From Azolla caroliniana (taxonomy: Eukaryota > Plantae > Polypodiophyta), in assembly GCA_043228905.1 (NCBI GenBank), contig JBHGNT010000011.1, positions 3,472,001-3,536,000 on the forward strand: 64,000 nt of DNA. Direction: 5' to 3'. The notes beneath the pieces are model-generated. The model was not told the DNA's origin, ran no database searches, and was given only the letters and a program-made list of their open reading frames with translations. Within the stretch, counting starts at the first letter, position 1, and each line of letters begins with the position of its first letter. Both the position numbers and the translations under genes were made by a program. This document shows, piece after piece, positions 38,701 to 51,024 of this stretch.

Positions 38701-40412
38701 ACCGGGAGATGCCGGAAACCCCCCGAGATACAAAGCCAGGATCGTGGTGAAGGGGTTCCAGAAGAAGAAGGGCGTCGACTTCGACGAGATATTTGCCCCG
38801 GTAGTGAAGATGACCTCCATCCGGACGGTGCTGAGCATAGCGGCAAGCATGGACCTCGAGGTAGAACAGATGGACGTGAAGACGGCATTCCTTCACGGTG
38901 ACCTCGAAGAAGAGATCTACATGCAGCAACCGGAAGGATTCGAGAAGAAAGGGAAGGAGCACCTGGTATGCCGGTTGAAGAAGAGCCTTTACGGACTGAA
39001 GCAGGCTCCCCGGCAGTGGTACCGGAAGTTCAACTCTTTCATGACCGACGAAGGGTACCACAAAACGCAGTCCGATCACTGCGTGTTTGTGAAGAAGTTC
39101 AAAGGAGGAGACTTTCTAATACTCCTCCTGTACGTGGACGACATGTTGATCGTCGGACGGGACCAGCTCAAGATACGGATGCTGAAGAAAGCGCTTCACC
39201 GAACCTTCTCAATGAAGGACCTGGGTCCGGCGAGGCAAATACTAGGGATGCACATCATTCGGGACCGGAAGAAGAAGCAGTTGTGGCTGTCACAGGAGAA
39301 GTATGTGACAAAGATGCTTCACCGGTTCAACATGTCGGAAGCAAGACCGGTCGGGTCAACCCTCCCGGCAAACTGCAAGTTGTCCAGCAAGCAAAGCCCC
39401 AAGACAAAGGCTGAGAAGGAGGACATGATGAAAGTACCATATGCCTCTACCGTCGGAAGCTTGATGTACGCAATGGTGTGTACAAGACCGGACATAGGAT
39501 ATGCAGTCGGAGTGGTGAGCCGGTACATGAGCAATCCCGGCAAGGAGCACTGGAACGCGGTCAAATGGATACTCCGATACTTAAAGGGCACTTCGAACAT
39601 GTGCCTCCGATTCGGCTCCGGTAAGCCCGAACTCGATGGATTTACCGATTCGGACATGTCGGCTGATGCGGATACCAGCCGGTCTACATCTAGGTATGTA
39701 ATGACATATGCAGGGGGAGCCGTTTCGTGGCAGTCGAGGTTGCAGAAGATGGTTGCGTTGTCAACCACGGAGGCGGAGTACATGGCGACTGTTGAAGCCG
39801 GCAAGGAAATAATATGGATGAAGGACTTCATTAGAGAGCTCGGTGTCCGGCAGGAGGAGTACCGGCTCTACTGCGATAGTCAGAGTGCCATCCACCTTGC
39901 GAAGAACGCGGCCTACCATTCCCGGACGAAACACATCCAGCGTAGATACCACTAGATCCGGGAAAGGATAGAAGACAAGGAGTTCGTGCTGACGAAGATC
40001 CACACGGACGAGAACGGGTCGGATATGCTGACCAAGGTGCTCACACCCGACAAGCTGGAAGCATGCCGGAAGAGGATCGGATTGGAGAGACATCCCATGC
40101 CGAAGTGAAGGGGGAGTTTGTTGGGATTTCGGTCCCTCCGGATGGGATGTCCGGAGATGAATGACGGCAAGCCCGGTTGCGGTTACGGAACCGGAGGATG
40201 AAGAGTACCCGGCTACGGAGCCGGATGATGAATGTACCCGGAGAGAGATCCGGATGCGGGGACATATTTGTGAATATGTTTGCCAAGGGCCCTTGAGGCT
40301 ATATTTGTAAATAGCCCGAAAGTCATATGTGTATAAATATGACTTAGGGCAAACAGTTTGTTGTTGTTACTCATTTTTCTGGTTTTCCACTTAGAGGGAG
40401 CTAAGTGTGCAG

Positions 40413-40459
<47 letters not shown>

Positions 40460-40722
40460 GAAGAGGTCGTTGCCTCTGTGTATTACCGCCGCCTGTGGCG
40501 AAGACAGTGAGCGCAAGGTTGTTGCCTTGTAGCTTCACCATTGTACATCTCTGTTTATAGTGATAGTTGGAGTTTGAGGACTCCCGTGGTTTTTCCCATT
40601 TAGGGTTTTCCACGTAAAACATCCTGTGTACTCTTCTCTCTATTGTCTTCGTGCATTTTGTATTTCCTGTTTTCTGCGAGTTGATCCTATTCCTCGGTTG
40701 TGGCCGAGCACTGTGTTTAACA
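35384..40722 (+). mobile_element. Ty1/Copia element F, full length, sister family of E
   Basis: LTRs 35384-36003 and 40119-40722; TSD TATCC; variant PBS TGATATCAGAGC; PPT GAAGGGGGAG. Confidence 0.96.
36035..39955 (+). CDS. Copia F gag-pol, 1306 aa, premature TAG about 50 codons before the natural end
   Basis: All domains present; YH*IRERI..SDMLTKVL continues in frame to ~40108. Confidence 0.9.
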   Translation: MEGGGSGPPGMMVLNSQNYADWKIKMEDLLIVRDLYEPIDNAEIPKGVIESEWKLLNRKAVATIRQYVDVSVLQHVANDTNAYEMWQKLSGLYERKNALTRTSLMRKIVNLKYRDGESMVEHVSTFMGFVNQLAAIKFPLDDAMQAIMLMCTLPESWENLVVTLSTSCKEENLSLLTVKTSILNEEARRRDKEPASDSKALLTESERGRQRNRSPQRREKSGTRSQSRGRPTCFYCGKPGHFQKNCRHFRKDNGTDGTDSKKSPERNGAYRGATDRRGSDRRGQDRKGTTALAASEEEIMLITEERELNLAGEEMTWVVDSGASFHLTPEKKYFSSYTAGEHGCVRMGNEGTCRISGIGDVWLMTSTGCKMLLMDVRHVSEVRLNLISAGRLDDEGYTGSIRNGVMKFSKGSLIVARARKVNTLYLMNSRLCPEELNVAADTASDLWHKRLCHMSEKGMKRLAEDNLIPVKHVHLEKCTDCLAGKQNQTSFHSRPPTRRSAPLELVHTDVCQVETKSHGGAQYFVTFIDDHSRKLWTAPLKTKDQVLCVFKELHARVERESGKKLKMIRADNGGEYRGQFEEYCRSKGIRLEFTVPKTPQLNGLAERMNRTIMERVRSMLAHAKLPKGFWAEAMSTATYVINKSPSVPLDGDTPQRVWTGREVSYRHLKVFGCLTYVHVAKDRRGKLDPKTRPCIFLGYGDDEFGYRVWDPVDRKIFRSRDIIFMEDKTLADWESEKKMKSSKSTGEDQLYEEQSRPARDRLALEDPAEDGEETEPAEEDETDTGTGPDPEMDSDEEETEEPVTEAPERRYPLRERRAPRRFPEPEHVLLTDEGEPESFEEAKLDTHSRRWLSAMQEEMDSLHENHTYELVELPKGKRVLRNKWVFKLKPGDAGNPPRYKARIVVKGFQKKKGVDFDEIFAPVVKMTSIRTVLSIAASMDLEVEQMDVKTAFLHGDLEEEIYMQQPEGFEKKGKEHLVCRLKKSLYGLKQAPRQWYRKFNSFMTDEGYHKTQSDHCVFVKKFKGGDFLILLLYVDDMLIVGRDQLKIRMLKKALHRTFSMKDLGPARQILGMHIIRDRKKKQLWLSQEKYVTKMLHRFNMSEARPVGSTLPANCKLSSKQSPKTKAEKEDMMKVPYASTVGSLMYAMVCTRPDIGYAVGVVSRYMSNPGKEHWNAVKWILRYLKGTSNMCLRFGSGKPELDGFTDSDMSADADTSRSTSRYVMTYAGGAVSWQSRLQKMVALSTTEAEYMATVEAGKEIIWMKDFIRELGVRQEEYRLYCDSQSAIHLAKNAAYHSRTKHIQRRYH

Positions 40723-40954
40723 TATCCAGCGGAGGTACCACTGGATCCGCGAAAGAGTAGATGACCAGGAGTTCGCGCTGATGAAGATCCACACGGTCGA
40801 GAACGGGTCAGATATGCTGACCAAAGTGCTGATACCCGACAAGTGGGATGCATGCCGGAAGAGAATCGGACTGGTAAGACCCCCATGCCGGAGTGAAGGG
40901 GGAGTTTGTTGGGAGACAGGTCCCTCCAGATGGGAAGGGAGAAGAACAGTGCCG

Positions 40955-41180
40955 ATGAACCGGATGAGGAGTACCCGGCTACGGAGAGCCGGATGGTGCA
41001 GACCTGGTATGAACCGGATGAGGAGTACTCGGCTACGGAGAGCCGGATGGTGCAGACCTTGTATGAACCGGATGAGGAGTACCCGGCTACGGAGAGCCGG
41101 ATGGTGCAGACCCGGTATGAACCGGATGAGGAGTACCCGGCTACGGAGAGCCGGATGGTACAGACCCGGTGAGAACCGGA
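40955..41180 (+). repeat. 54-bp tandem repeat (about 4 copies) in U3 of the E-family LTR
   Basis: Unit TATGAACCGGATGAGGAGTACCCGGCTACGGAGAGCCGGATGGTGCAGACCCGG; also at ~46740-46990 on the minus strand. Confidence 0.9.
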
Positions 41181-41651
41181 TGAAGAGACATATTCGTAAA
41201 TATGTTTCTGAGAGTCCATCGAGACTATATTTGTAAATAGCCGAAAAGTCATATTAGTATAAATATGACTTAGGGCAAACTTTTAGTTGTTGTTGACTGT
41301 TGTTGTGGTTGTCATTCACTTGTTGGTGCAAGAAGAAGTGAGAACGTGTAACTGTGTACAGAGAGAGAGAGAGAGAAAGAGGTCGTTGCCTCTGTTGTAA
41401 CCGCCGCATGTGGCGAAGATCTGTGAGCACGAGGTCGTTGCCTCAGTGAACTCACTATTGTACATTCTTACATAGTGACAGTTTGCAACCAGTGGGCTGC
41501 CGTGGTTTTTCCCCTAGTTTGGGGTTTTCCACGTAAACCTCCCGTGTATATTCTTCTTCTTTGTGTCGCGGTTTATTTCCAGTTTTCTGTGTATGAAAAG
41601 AATCTCGCTTGTGGCCGAGCGTTGGACATAAGGAGCGTTCAGTTCCCGTCA

Positions 41652-44600
41652 AAATACGATGGCACAACCGGATGATACGCTATTTGGCGGATTTCGCCAC
41701 ACCATTACATGCCGTCGTTCACTGTACTCCTTTCAAATGGACAGCAATGGAAGAGAAGATATTATGATGCGCTAAAGATAATGTTAACGCATGCACCAAT
41801 CGTATAGCCACCAGTTTGGGCAAAACCATTTCACGTGTTTGTGGATGCCTCAGATATAGCAATAGGTAGTGCGTTGATGCAGCTCACGGAGCCGAATTGG
41901 TACCGACTAGTGTACTACGCTAGTCAGAAACTATCAACGGTTGAGCATAACTATTCTACAACGGAACGTGAAGCGTTGGGTATGATATACAACATCAATA
42001 AATTCCTCCATTATTTGCTAGGGTGAAAATTCATGTTTCACGTGGATCATACGACATTGCTATATCTGGTGGGGAAACATGCACTTACGGGAAAATTGGC
42101 TAGATGGATGCTATTGCTCCAAGAATTCGACTTTGTAATTCAACACCGATTGGATATGCAACACGTGGTGGCAGATTTCTTGAGCAGACTAGATAAAGGA
42201 GAAATGGTGCAAAAAGATGATGACGACTTTCCGAATGCGAACATTCTGCGTATAACAACTTTAGCAGCAAGAACAGAAAAGACTTTTCCGGATCGGTGGT
42301 TGATGGAAATGACCTACTTTCTGACCACGGGGTTACTGCCACCCCAATTAAGGACGAACGAGAAAAAACAGTTGGCCGTACGGAGTTGTAATTTCTGTTT
42401 AGTCGAAGACATCCTATATTACAAAGGTAGTGACGGCATCTGGAGGCGTGGAATATGGCAGGATGAGAAGGCAGTGGTTTTACGCGAAGCCCACTGTGGT
42501 ATGGCGGGAGGACATTATGCGGGCGATGTTACGGCCCGGAAAATCTGACAAGCTAGACTTTGGTGGCTGACTACGCAAAAGGATGCGTATGAATATTGCA
42601 AACAATGTGATTTATGCCAACAGATGGGCCAGCCCATGGAAGTCACGAGAATGCCACATCAACCGGTGTTGCCGTTGAATCCTTTCCAAAAGTGGGGGCT
42701 GGATTTTGTGGGACCCTTCACCCCGATGACTGCTCGAACAGGCAATAAGTATATCCTGGTGGCTACGGATTATTGCACCAAGTGGGTAGAAGCGAAACCA
42801 CTACGCGAAAATACCGTGGCAGTCACGGCGAAATTCCTTTACAAACATACTTGGTGTCGTTTTGGCTGCCCTATCGAGCTCATTAGTGACCAAGGGAGTC
42901 ACTTACTGAATACAGTCATCAACGAACTGACCCAACACTACGTTGTGATTCACAAAAAGAGTACGTTGTATTACCCACAGGCAAATGGCTTGGCCGAATC
43001 CACGAACAAAACATTACAAACTATCCTAAAAAAGATAGTTAATGAGAACATAATAGATTGGGATACCAAATTGCACAGCGCGTTATGGGCATATCAAACC
43101 AGCTATAAGACCAGCATACAATCCACGCCTTTCAGGCTAGCATTTGGGCTGGAGGTCGTAATGCCAGTCGAATTCCAGGTACCCAGTCTGCGGATTCAAG
43201 TACGAGACCGGCTGCTAGAGGGCAAATCCAAACAAATACGACTACAACAATTGCTAGAACTAGGCGAAACGCGGGTACACTATATGGCCATATTGGAACA
43301 AGAACAGCGGCGGTGCAAAGCATTCATGGACCAACATCGGCATGCGCGTGAAAAGGATTTTACGTTCAAGAAGGAAATATTAGTTTTTCAAACACGCATG
43401 GGGCAAATGCCAAGAAAATTAAGATTCCGCTGGACAGGCCCGTACTGGATAGTTGGAGCGGAAAACGGCACATTTCAACTTGGCACCTTGGCCGGAGAGG
43501 TGCTCCGACAAAAGGTGAATGGGTTTCGCTTAAAACCCTACCTGGGGCCTACGCCACTTAACCCGTTCCCTGCCGGACAGGACAAAGCCGGCGAATCCGC
43601 GGAGTAAGTATAGGGCCCTACTTGTACTATAGTGTAAAAATAATATTGTATGTAACTGTTACGAAGAAGAAGAAGAAGAAGAAGAAGATAGAGCTGCTAT
43701 TAAAAGCACTTGATGCATGCACAAACTTCTAGAGCAAGAACACGCGGCACCACGATGGCTCACAGACCAATGAATCCTAGGCCACAAAAAGAAGAAAATA
43801 GAAGGTTTTCTGCACAATACAGAAACCAACCTTCTAACTCCCATTGCTCTCATCGCTCCCCTCACTCACCTTCCTCTCCATCCTACCACAGAGCCCAAGT
43901 TCGCCATGGCCAATATACCTCACCCACTATCCACGAGTCTCACCCTCCTACGATGTCGATCCCTATTTCTGCTGCCTTGCGTAGATGGCTCGTCGAGAAG
44001 CGTCTGGATGGATACATCAAAGTCGTCGAGGCACCTGCTCATCCTGAAGCCCTAGACATCGCCAGGAAACTCAATATAGACACGGTCACCAACTCATCAA
44101 TTCGGAAGAAGCTTGATCTGTCATCGCTCGGAGAAAGACATTTTGACATTCATCCTGCGGAAACCTTGCAAAGATATTTCAGGGCATATTCGGCGTCCGC
44201 CAAGGCATACAAGACGAAGGAAATCCCCGATCCCTTCTTCCACGAAAAAGCCAAGTTCTTGTTGGAAGTCGGATGCGTGCATGTAAATGCCTATGGGATG
44301 CCAAAACAGAAGGCAAGCATCATCATTGATACATTCGAAGGGCGCGCGGTCGATTGGGGGGTCATTACAAGACCAGCATTGCGGGAAGGCCTATACACGT
44401 ATCAAGGCGGAAAAAAGCTAAGGCCAATCATACAACAGTATCTGACGATACTATTCCCACCCCGGGGTCTGCCCGCACCACAACCCAGCAAGCCCACGCC
44501 GCCGCCTCATTTCGCGAAACGGAGGTTAGTGGAATTGGCCACCATAGAATGGGAGGATGAACCTCAATCGGCCTAGCCCAGCACGCGGCCAACACATGAA

Positions 44601-45150
44601 GAACTGCAGGAGCGCAGGGAAGAAGCCCCGTAGGAGTAGGAAGCCGAGCAACGTCAGGAAAGCCCGAGGCCGAAACGGCGGAGGCTGGAAAGGAAAGATG
44701 GGCGCGGATTAGTTAAAGACACACTCGCAACCACAAAGATGAGCATCGTAGCTACAGAGCCCAACACCACTTTTGAAATAATCTGGGAACCACGGCCGAT
44801 CATTACGGCCCAGTCTCAGTGGGGGAAAGGCGTATTTATCGCAAAAAGTGAGGTCCTGAAGTATCCAGACATTCCGGACATAGCCCACGAGTTCGACACA
44901 CTATTACAATTCGGCACTACTTACGAACTCATGGAATTTTTGGCAACGCAACAAATAAAAGTCTCACAACGAATGGCCGAGGAGCATGCAGAGCAACAAA
45001 TGATTGAGCGCGCCCTAACACAAACAACGGAAAGCGATGATGAGGGGCCACTAGCCAGACTAGGCAGACAGCGGAATGTCGGGATACACCAAATGGGAAT
45101 TGAACTACCCCCATTAAACGCGGCCCTCGTCGAGGTTCATAGGGAACTGG
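41652..45150 (+). mobile_element. Ty3/Gypsy RT-end, RH, INT and extra ORF; probable continuation of element A
   Basis: IRWHNRMIRYLADFATPLH, VDASDIAIG, WGLDFVGPF, GPYW..VNGFRLKPY; ORFs 43710-44576 and 44739-45150; a further short piece possibly at 50863-51020. Confidence 0.85.
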
Positions 45151-45199
45151 TGTTAAGAAATGGAATCTGTGGTGATTGCAATGCAACGGAATATGAGAG

Positions 45200-45232
<33 letters not shown>

Positions 45233-48200
45233 CAACAGAGAGAGAGAGAGAGAGAGTGAGTGAGTGAGTGAGTGAGAGCTCAAGACAAAGATAATCAATT
45301 GTATATTACATATGACTTCCAACAGTCACTAAGTTACAATGGGTTGGTTTATATACCAACTAAGCTAGGGCAACCGCCCTTTCTGCTATGTACAAAACTA
45401 GCCTGGTATGTCCATGAGCTAGTGTGAACCTATTCCTATGGGAAGTTGAGTTTGATTCTCAACGCGCCCCTTCGAACACAACTTCCATCTGATCGGTTTG
45501 AAGTTCGGCGTACATATCTGCGTATCAATGCGCACTCTGCATACTCCCCCTCAAGCTCGGCAATGTAGGCGGCATGAGACCAAGATCTGATGCAAATTGC
45601 CCAAGCTTGTCTACTCCTAAGGCCTTCGTAAATATATCAGCAACCTAAAGGTGCGTGTTGATATGTTGGAGATCGATTTCTCCGGCCTGTACGCGCTCGC
45701 GGATGAAGTGGTAGTGCACTTCGATGTGTTTAGTCCGCGTGTGAAATACGGGGTTGCGCGCCAAGTAGATACTGCTCATGTTGTCGCAGTACAAGCATAT
45801 TGGATCTTTGATGGGAATGCCCAGATCCTTTAGTACGTGCTTAAGCCATACGGCTTCAGATGCGGCGACTGCTGCACCCCTGTATTCGGCTTCTATGCTC
45901 AACAGGGCGACTATCGGCTATTTCTTGTTGCTCTAGGAAAATACTCTGCTTCAAAGGGAGAAGACAAATCCGAATGTGGATCATCTATCTGCTTTGTATC
46001 CAGCCCAGTCCGCGTCTATGTACCCTCCGAGTCGAACTGACGTATTCGACTTATATAAGATGTCGTGATCCATTGTCGTACTAACATACTGTAGTATCCT
46101 CTTAGCACAATCAAGATGAAGGTTACGCGGATTCTGCATGAATTGGCTATGTAGGCCGACCGAATAACTGAGGTCGGGTTCCCGTAGTGGTTAGGTAGAT
46201 TAGACTGCCAATCAGTTGACGATACTGAGTCGACTCGCTCGTGGCCGTGCCAGAGCTGGCATCGATTTTGAGATTACGTTCAAGAGGGTGTCGGGAACTC
46301 AACGCTCCTTATGCACGACGCTCGGCCACGACTGAGCTTGGAATGATACACAAAAAAACAGGAAATACAACACGACACAAAGAGGAGAAAGATACACAGG
46401 AGGTTTGCGTGGAAAACCCCAACCTAGGGGAAAAACCACGGCAGTCCACAGGCTGCAAACTGTCACTATGTAAGAATGTACAACAGTGAGTTCACTGAGG
46501 CAACGACCTCGTGCTCACAGATCTTCGCCACAGGCGGCGGTTACAACAGAGGCAACGACCTCTTTCTCTCTCTCTCTCTCTCTGTACAGTTACGCACACT
46601 CTCTATTCTTGCACCAACAAGAATGACAACTACCACAACTAAAAGATTGCCCTAAGTCATATTTATACTAATATGACTTTTCGGCTATTTACAAATATAG
46701 CCTCGATGGACTCTCAGAAACATATTTACGTATATGTCTCTTCATCCGGTTCATACCGGGTCTGCACCATCCGGCTCTCTGTAGCCGGGTACTCCTCATC
46801 CGGCTCATACCGGGTCTGCACCATCCAGCTCTCCGTAACCGGGTACTCCTCATCCGGTTCATACTGGGTCTGCACCATCCGGCTCTCCGTAGCCGGGTAC
46901 TCCTCATCCGGCTCATACCGGGTCTGCACCATCCGGCTCTCCGTAACCGGGTACTCCTCATCCGGTTCATACCGGGTCTGCACCTCATACGGTTTCGGCC
47001 TCGGCCGAGTTTGTTCATCGGCACTATTCTTCACCCTTCCCATCCGGAGGGACCTGTCTCCCAACAGAGGGGTAGTCACAAGTTTGCACACTGTCATTCC
47101 GAACTTGTAGAGTAAGTTGAGAATGTAGTGCCGTTGTGAGATCATGATTCCGACTAGTGTCCGAATTACTTCAAAACCTAGAAAGTAATGAAGTTTGTGC
47201 AGGTCCTTCATTTCGAATCTGCTAGAAAGAAGTGATTTAACTTTGTTAATCTCGTCGAGATTCTTTCCTCCGATAACCAGGTCATCCACGTATAGAATGA
47301 TCACTATCAGGCTATCCGACTCATTTCGGATGTACAAAGATGTATCTGATTTTGACATCTGAAATCCAACTTGGTGAAGATATTGCATGATCTTCGAGTG
47401 CCAAGCACGCGGTGCTTGTTTGAGGCCGTAGAGTGGCTTCTTGAGTCAGCATACGGCGTGCGGATGATTACGCGATTTGAATCCGGGTGGTTGTGTCATA
47501 TACACCTCTTCTTCTAGCTCTCCTTGGAGGAAAGCGTTTTTGACGTCCATTTGATGGAGGTGCCACCCTTCTGCTGCTGCTCATCTTTGCCACCGGGGCA
47601 AATGTTTCTTCGTAGTCTACGTCGTGTGTCTGTGCGTAGCCTTTTGCAACGAGTTGTGCTTTGAGGCGATGTACGGAACCATCTACATTGTGCTTCACCT
47701 TGTAAATCCACTTGCAACCTATTGGTTTCTTGTTCGGGGGGTGAGGAACGAGGTCCCATGTCTCGTTTTTGCATAACGCTTCCATCTCCTCATTCATCGT
47801 GTTGACCCATCGTGGATCCTTTGCGGCTTCGGAAAGCGTTTCCAGTTCTCGTACTGACGTTGCCTTCATCATGAATGCGTAATGATACGCCATGTACTCG
47901 TCGTAGCCGTAGCGGTTTACGGGGTTCTTCTCGCGCGTGGATCAGCGTGGCTTGTCATTTGTGGATTCTAGGGGTTTCTTAACGCCGTCCGTGTGGATGT
48001 CAAGGCCATCGAACTCACTATCGAGATCGAAATGATCTTCATACTCCTGCATTTTCTCCTTGCCTTTATCTAGCAGTGGACTTGGCCGAGATGTGCTTTG
48101 ATCACTTGGAGGCTCTTGCGGTCCACTCAGTCGTGTCGTAGTTGGGCTTTCTTCGAACATTTGCGTGAGCTGATCCTCGGCTTCTATTCTTATTTCGGTG

Positions 48201-50582
48201 TCATCCACATCGGGCGGAGTCGAAGTATTCTCTGGTGCGTACCAGGATGCAGACTCATCGAAGACTACGTCTCGACTAATGCGAACTTTTTGGGTAGATG
48301 GGTTGTAGCATTTGTACCCCTTTTGTTCGAGTGAGTATCCTACGAGGATACATTTCTCTGACTTCAGATCAAGCTTTTGTCACGTATCGTCGAGAATGTG
48401 TACATAGACGATAGAGCCGAAAATGCGGACATGTGATAAGTCTGGCTTCTTTCCAAAGAACTTCTCATGAGGAGTTATGTCGTGTACTCTTGAGGTTGTG
48501 CACTTATTCATGAGGAATACGGCCGTGTTCGTCGCTTCTGCCCAGTACGATTTCGGCAAGTTCTTCTCATTCATCATGGCTCATGCGACTTCTACTATGT
48601 GGCAGTTTTTACGCTCAACTACACCGTTTTGCTGAGGTGTATGTCGACACGAGAACTCTCGTCGGATTCCTTCCTTGCGGAGATACGCTGAGAACTCATC
48701 CGAAAAATATTCTTTGCCTCCATCTGATCGAAGGTAGCGTACATGCCGGCCAAAGGCTTGTTCCACTTCGGCTTTGAACTTCTGGAAGTGGCCAACCACT
48801 TGACTCTTTTGCTTCATCGGATAAATCCAGGTATTTCTGGAGAAGTCGTCGATGAACGTGACATAATAACGGCATCCGCCGAAAGTAGCTGTTTGGGCTG
48901 GTCCCCACACATCTGAATGTATGACATCCAAGATCCCTTTGCTTACATTCCGCTCTTTTGGGAATGGATTACGGCGTTGTTTTCCGATTTGGCATGCTTC
49001 ACACATGCCCGTGATCTCCTTTTCCGTAGAGTTCGGGAGTCCGATTACGACTCCTTTTGTTTGCATGTTCTAAAGCTTCTAGAGATTGATGTGGACGATT
49101 CTCTTGTGCCACAATTTTAAGTCAGTTTCAACTTTCTAGCCCTTTGCTACATAGCCGACTTTACTTCGCTCGACTGGAGGATGAACATGCGGCCTTCTCG
49201 TCTGCCATGAGCTACGATTTGATCGCCTTTTTCAATGAAGCACCCATCGTTGTTGAAGCGTACCTGCATTCCTTGTTCTACAATCTGACCGACCGAGACC
49301 AGATTTTTCGTGATGGTGGGAACATGCAGTACGTTCTTGAGATAGGTCTGTTCGCCGTCGTTTCCGAAAGGGACATTCCCGATATGCTATATTGGATGAG
49401 TTTTATCATCGCCTATTTCGACATATTCGGGACGTTCGGGCTTCCGTAATTCCCGAAACCAATCTTCATGGGAAGTCATGTGATTGGAAGTTCCCAAATC
49501 GACAAACCATACACTATTAGGAGTGGAGGGATTGTCGCAAATGCAGACATTGAGTGTGCTTCGTGCTTCATTATGAACATTCCGCCAAGGTTGCCGTAGT
49601 CGGAGTTCGTGGCGTAATTTGTCAATTGTCGGCCTGCCTCACGTTTCTTCTTCTGACACTCCTCTTCGTAATGGCCAGGTTTTCGGCAATACCCGCACTC
49701 AACTGGGTTTCGGCGATTGCTCAGTCCGGCGTTATGACTCCCCCTTCCGCCGAACTCTCTAGGACCATTTCTATCCATTTTCCATTGGTGAGAGTTACGC
49801 TCTTGATTTTGCCGATCATTACGACCTTGTCCAAAGCGACCTTTGTGACCTCGGCCGAAATTCCTTCTATCATCCGACTGGGAGTAGAGCATATGACCAT
49901 TTGGTGCGTTGCTCCTCTGCCGAGTGTGATTCTCTTCGACCAGCAATATCGATTGAAGGTCGAAGAAGGAGGGAGGGTTCTCCCTTGCGAGAATAGCCGA
50001 TCTAATCACGCTGAAACGCGGTGCTAAGCCTCCGAGGCATATCTGCACCAATTCGTCATCGTCAATGACGACGTTGATCGATCCGAGGGTGTCGCATAGC
50101 TCCTTGATCTTCAAGGTATAGCTTGAGATTGACATGTCCCTCTGTTGGATGTTATTCAGCTCCTGACAAAGTTGGAGCTTGCGTGCGGCCGTGTTGGCCG
50201 TGTTGGCAATACAGCACACGGCTTGCAGCCTGCTCCCAAGCAGGATAGTCGGCGTGTGTTGGGTTGGGGTGCGTTTTGTGAGCTCCTTCAATGTAGCTCC
50301 AGTAACCTTGTCCGACAAGGTATTGATGCATCTTGTACTCCCAAGATGCAAAGTTCGTTCAGTCGAGCTTCTCCGTAGGAACATCGCTTCCCATCTGAGT
50401 GTTCATGGTGATGTCTTCTTCTATTGATTAACCGGTTTTGTTGATCGTCGGCGTTTAGCACAACACGATCGAATAGGTGTGATCAGACAACCACATGCTC
50501 TGATACCATGTTAAGAAATGGAGTCTATGGTGATTGCAATGCATCGGAAGATGAGAGACTCTATGTGGATGTGTATGTGTAT

Positions 50583-50624
<42 letters not shown>

Positions 50625-50862
50625 CAACAGAGAGAGAGAGAGTGAGTGAGTGAGTGAGTGAGTGAGTGAGTGAGAGCTCAAGACAAAGATAATCAATTGT
50701 ATATTACATAAGACTTCCAACAGTCACTAAGTTACAATGGGTTGGTTTATATACCAACTAAGCTAGGGCAAGCGCCCTTTCTACTATTTACAAAACTAGC
50801 CTAGTATGTCCATGGGCTAGTGTGAACCTATTCCTATGGGAAGTTGAGTTTGATTCTCAACA
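45151..50862 (-). mobile_element. Ty1/Copia element G, old and decayed
   Basis: Diverged LTRs 45151-45464 and 50509-50862 with (TG)n/(AG)n/(GAGT)n; PBS 50508-50497; gag, INT (HSDVWGP, RSDGGKEY), RT (YVDDL) and RH fragments; no clean TSD. Confidence 0.9.
46289..47066 (-). mobile_element. Solo LTR of the Copia E family inserted in the RT of G
   Basis: Reverse-complement homologue of 40907-41651; TSD GAGGG (46284-88 / 47067-71). Confidence 0.93.
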
Positions 50863-51024
50863 GTACTAGCGAGCCTCCGATCGAGAGCACACAGGCTACC
50901 AACGTGAAGTGGAGGCCTCGCAAGACAATGACAAGGAAAACCGGAAAACGAGGAATAGGAAAAAAGCCAGCAGAGCTCGGTCTGACAACACTTTGTCCTC
51001 CCAAAACGTGGATACCTAAAACAA

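Larger units (their letters stand above)
32226..41651 (+). mobile_element. Ty1/Copia element E, decayed: 5' LTR reduced to ~57 bp, RT largely deleted, hosts element F
   Basis: LTR remnant 32226-32282 matches the end of 3' LTR 40907-41651; PBS TGGTATCAAAGC 32285-32296; ATG 32312; stops at 34015 and 34393; KKGVDF fused to LKGTSNMC at ~35025; resumes QRRYHW at 40723; PPT GAAGGGGGAG. Confidence 0.92.

Noticed and set aside
36080-39831. Numerous antisense ORFs over Copia and Gypsy coding regions
   Set aside because: Shadow ORFs expected from GC-rich coding sequence
40955-41180. Regular repeats resembling a CRISPR array or a repeat protein (YEPDEEYPATESRMVQTR)n
   Set aside because: Contiguous 54-bp units with no unique spacers, inside a Copia LTR; the ORFs arise because the unit length is a multiple of 3
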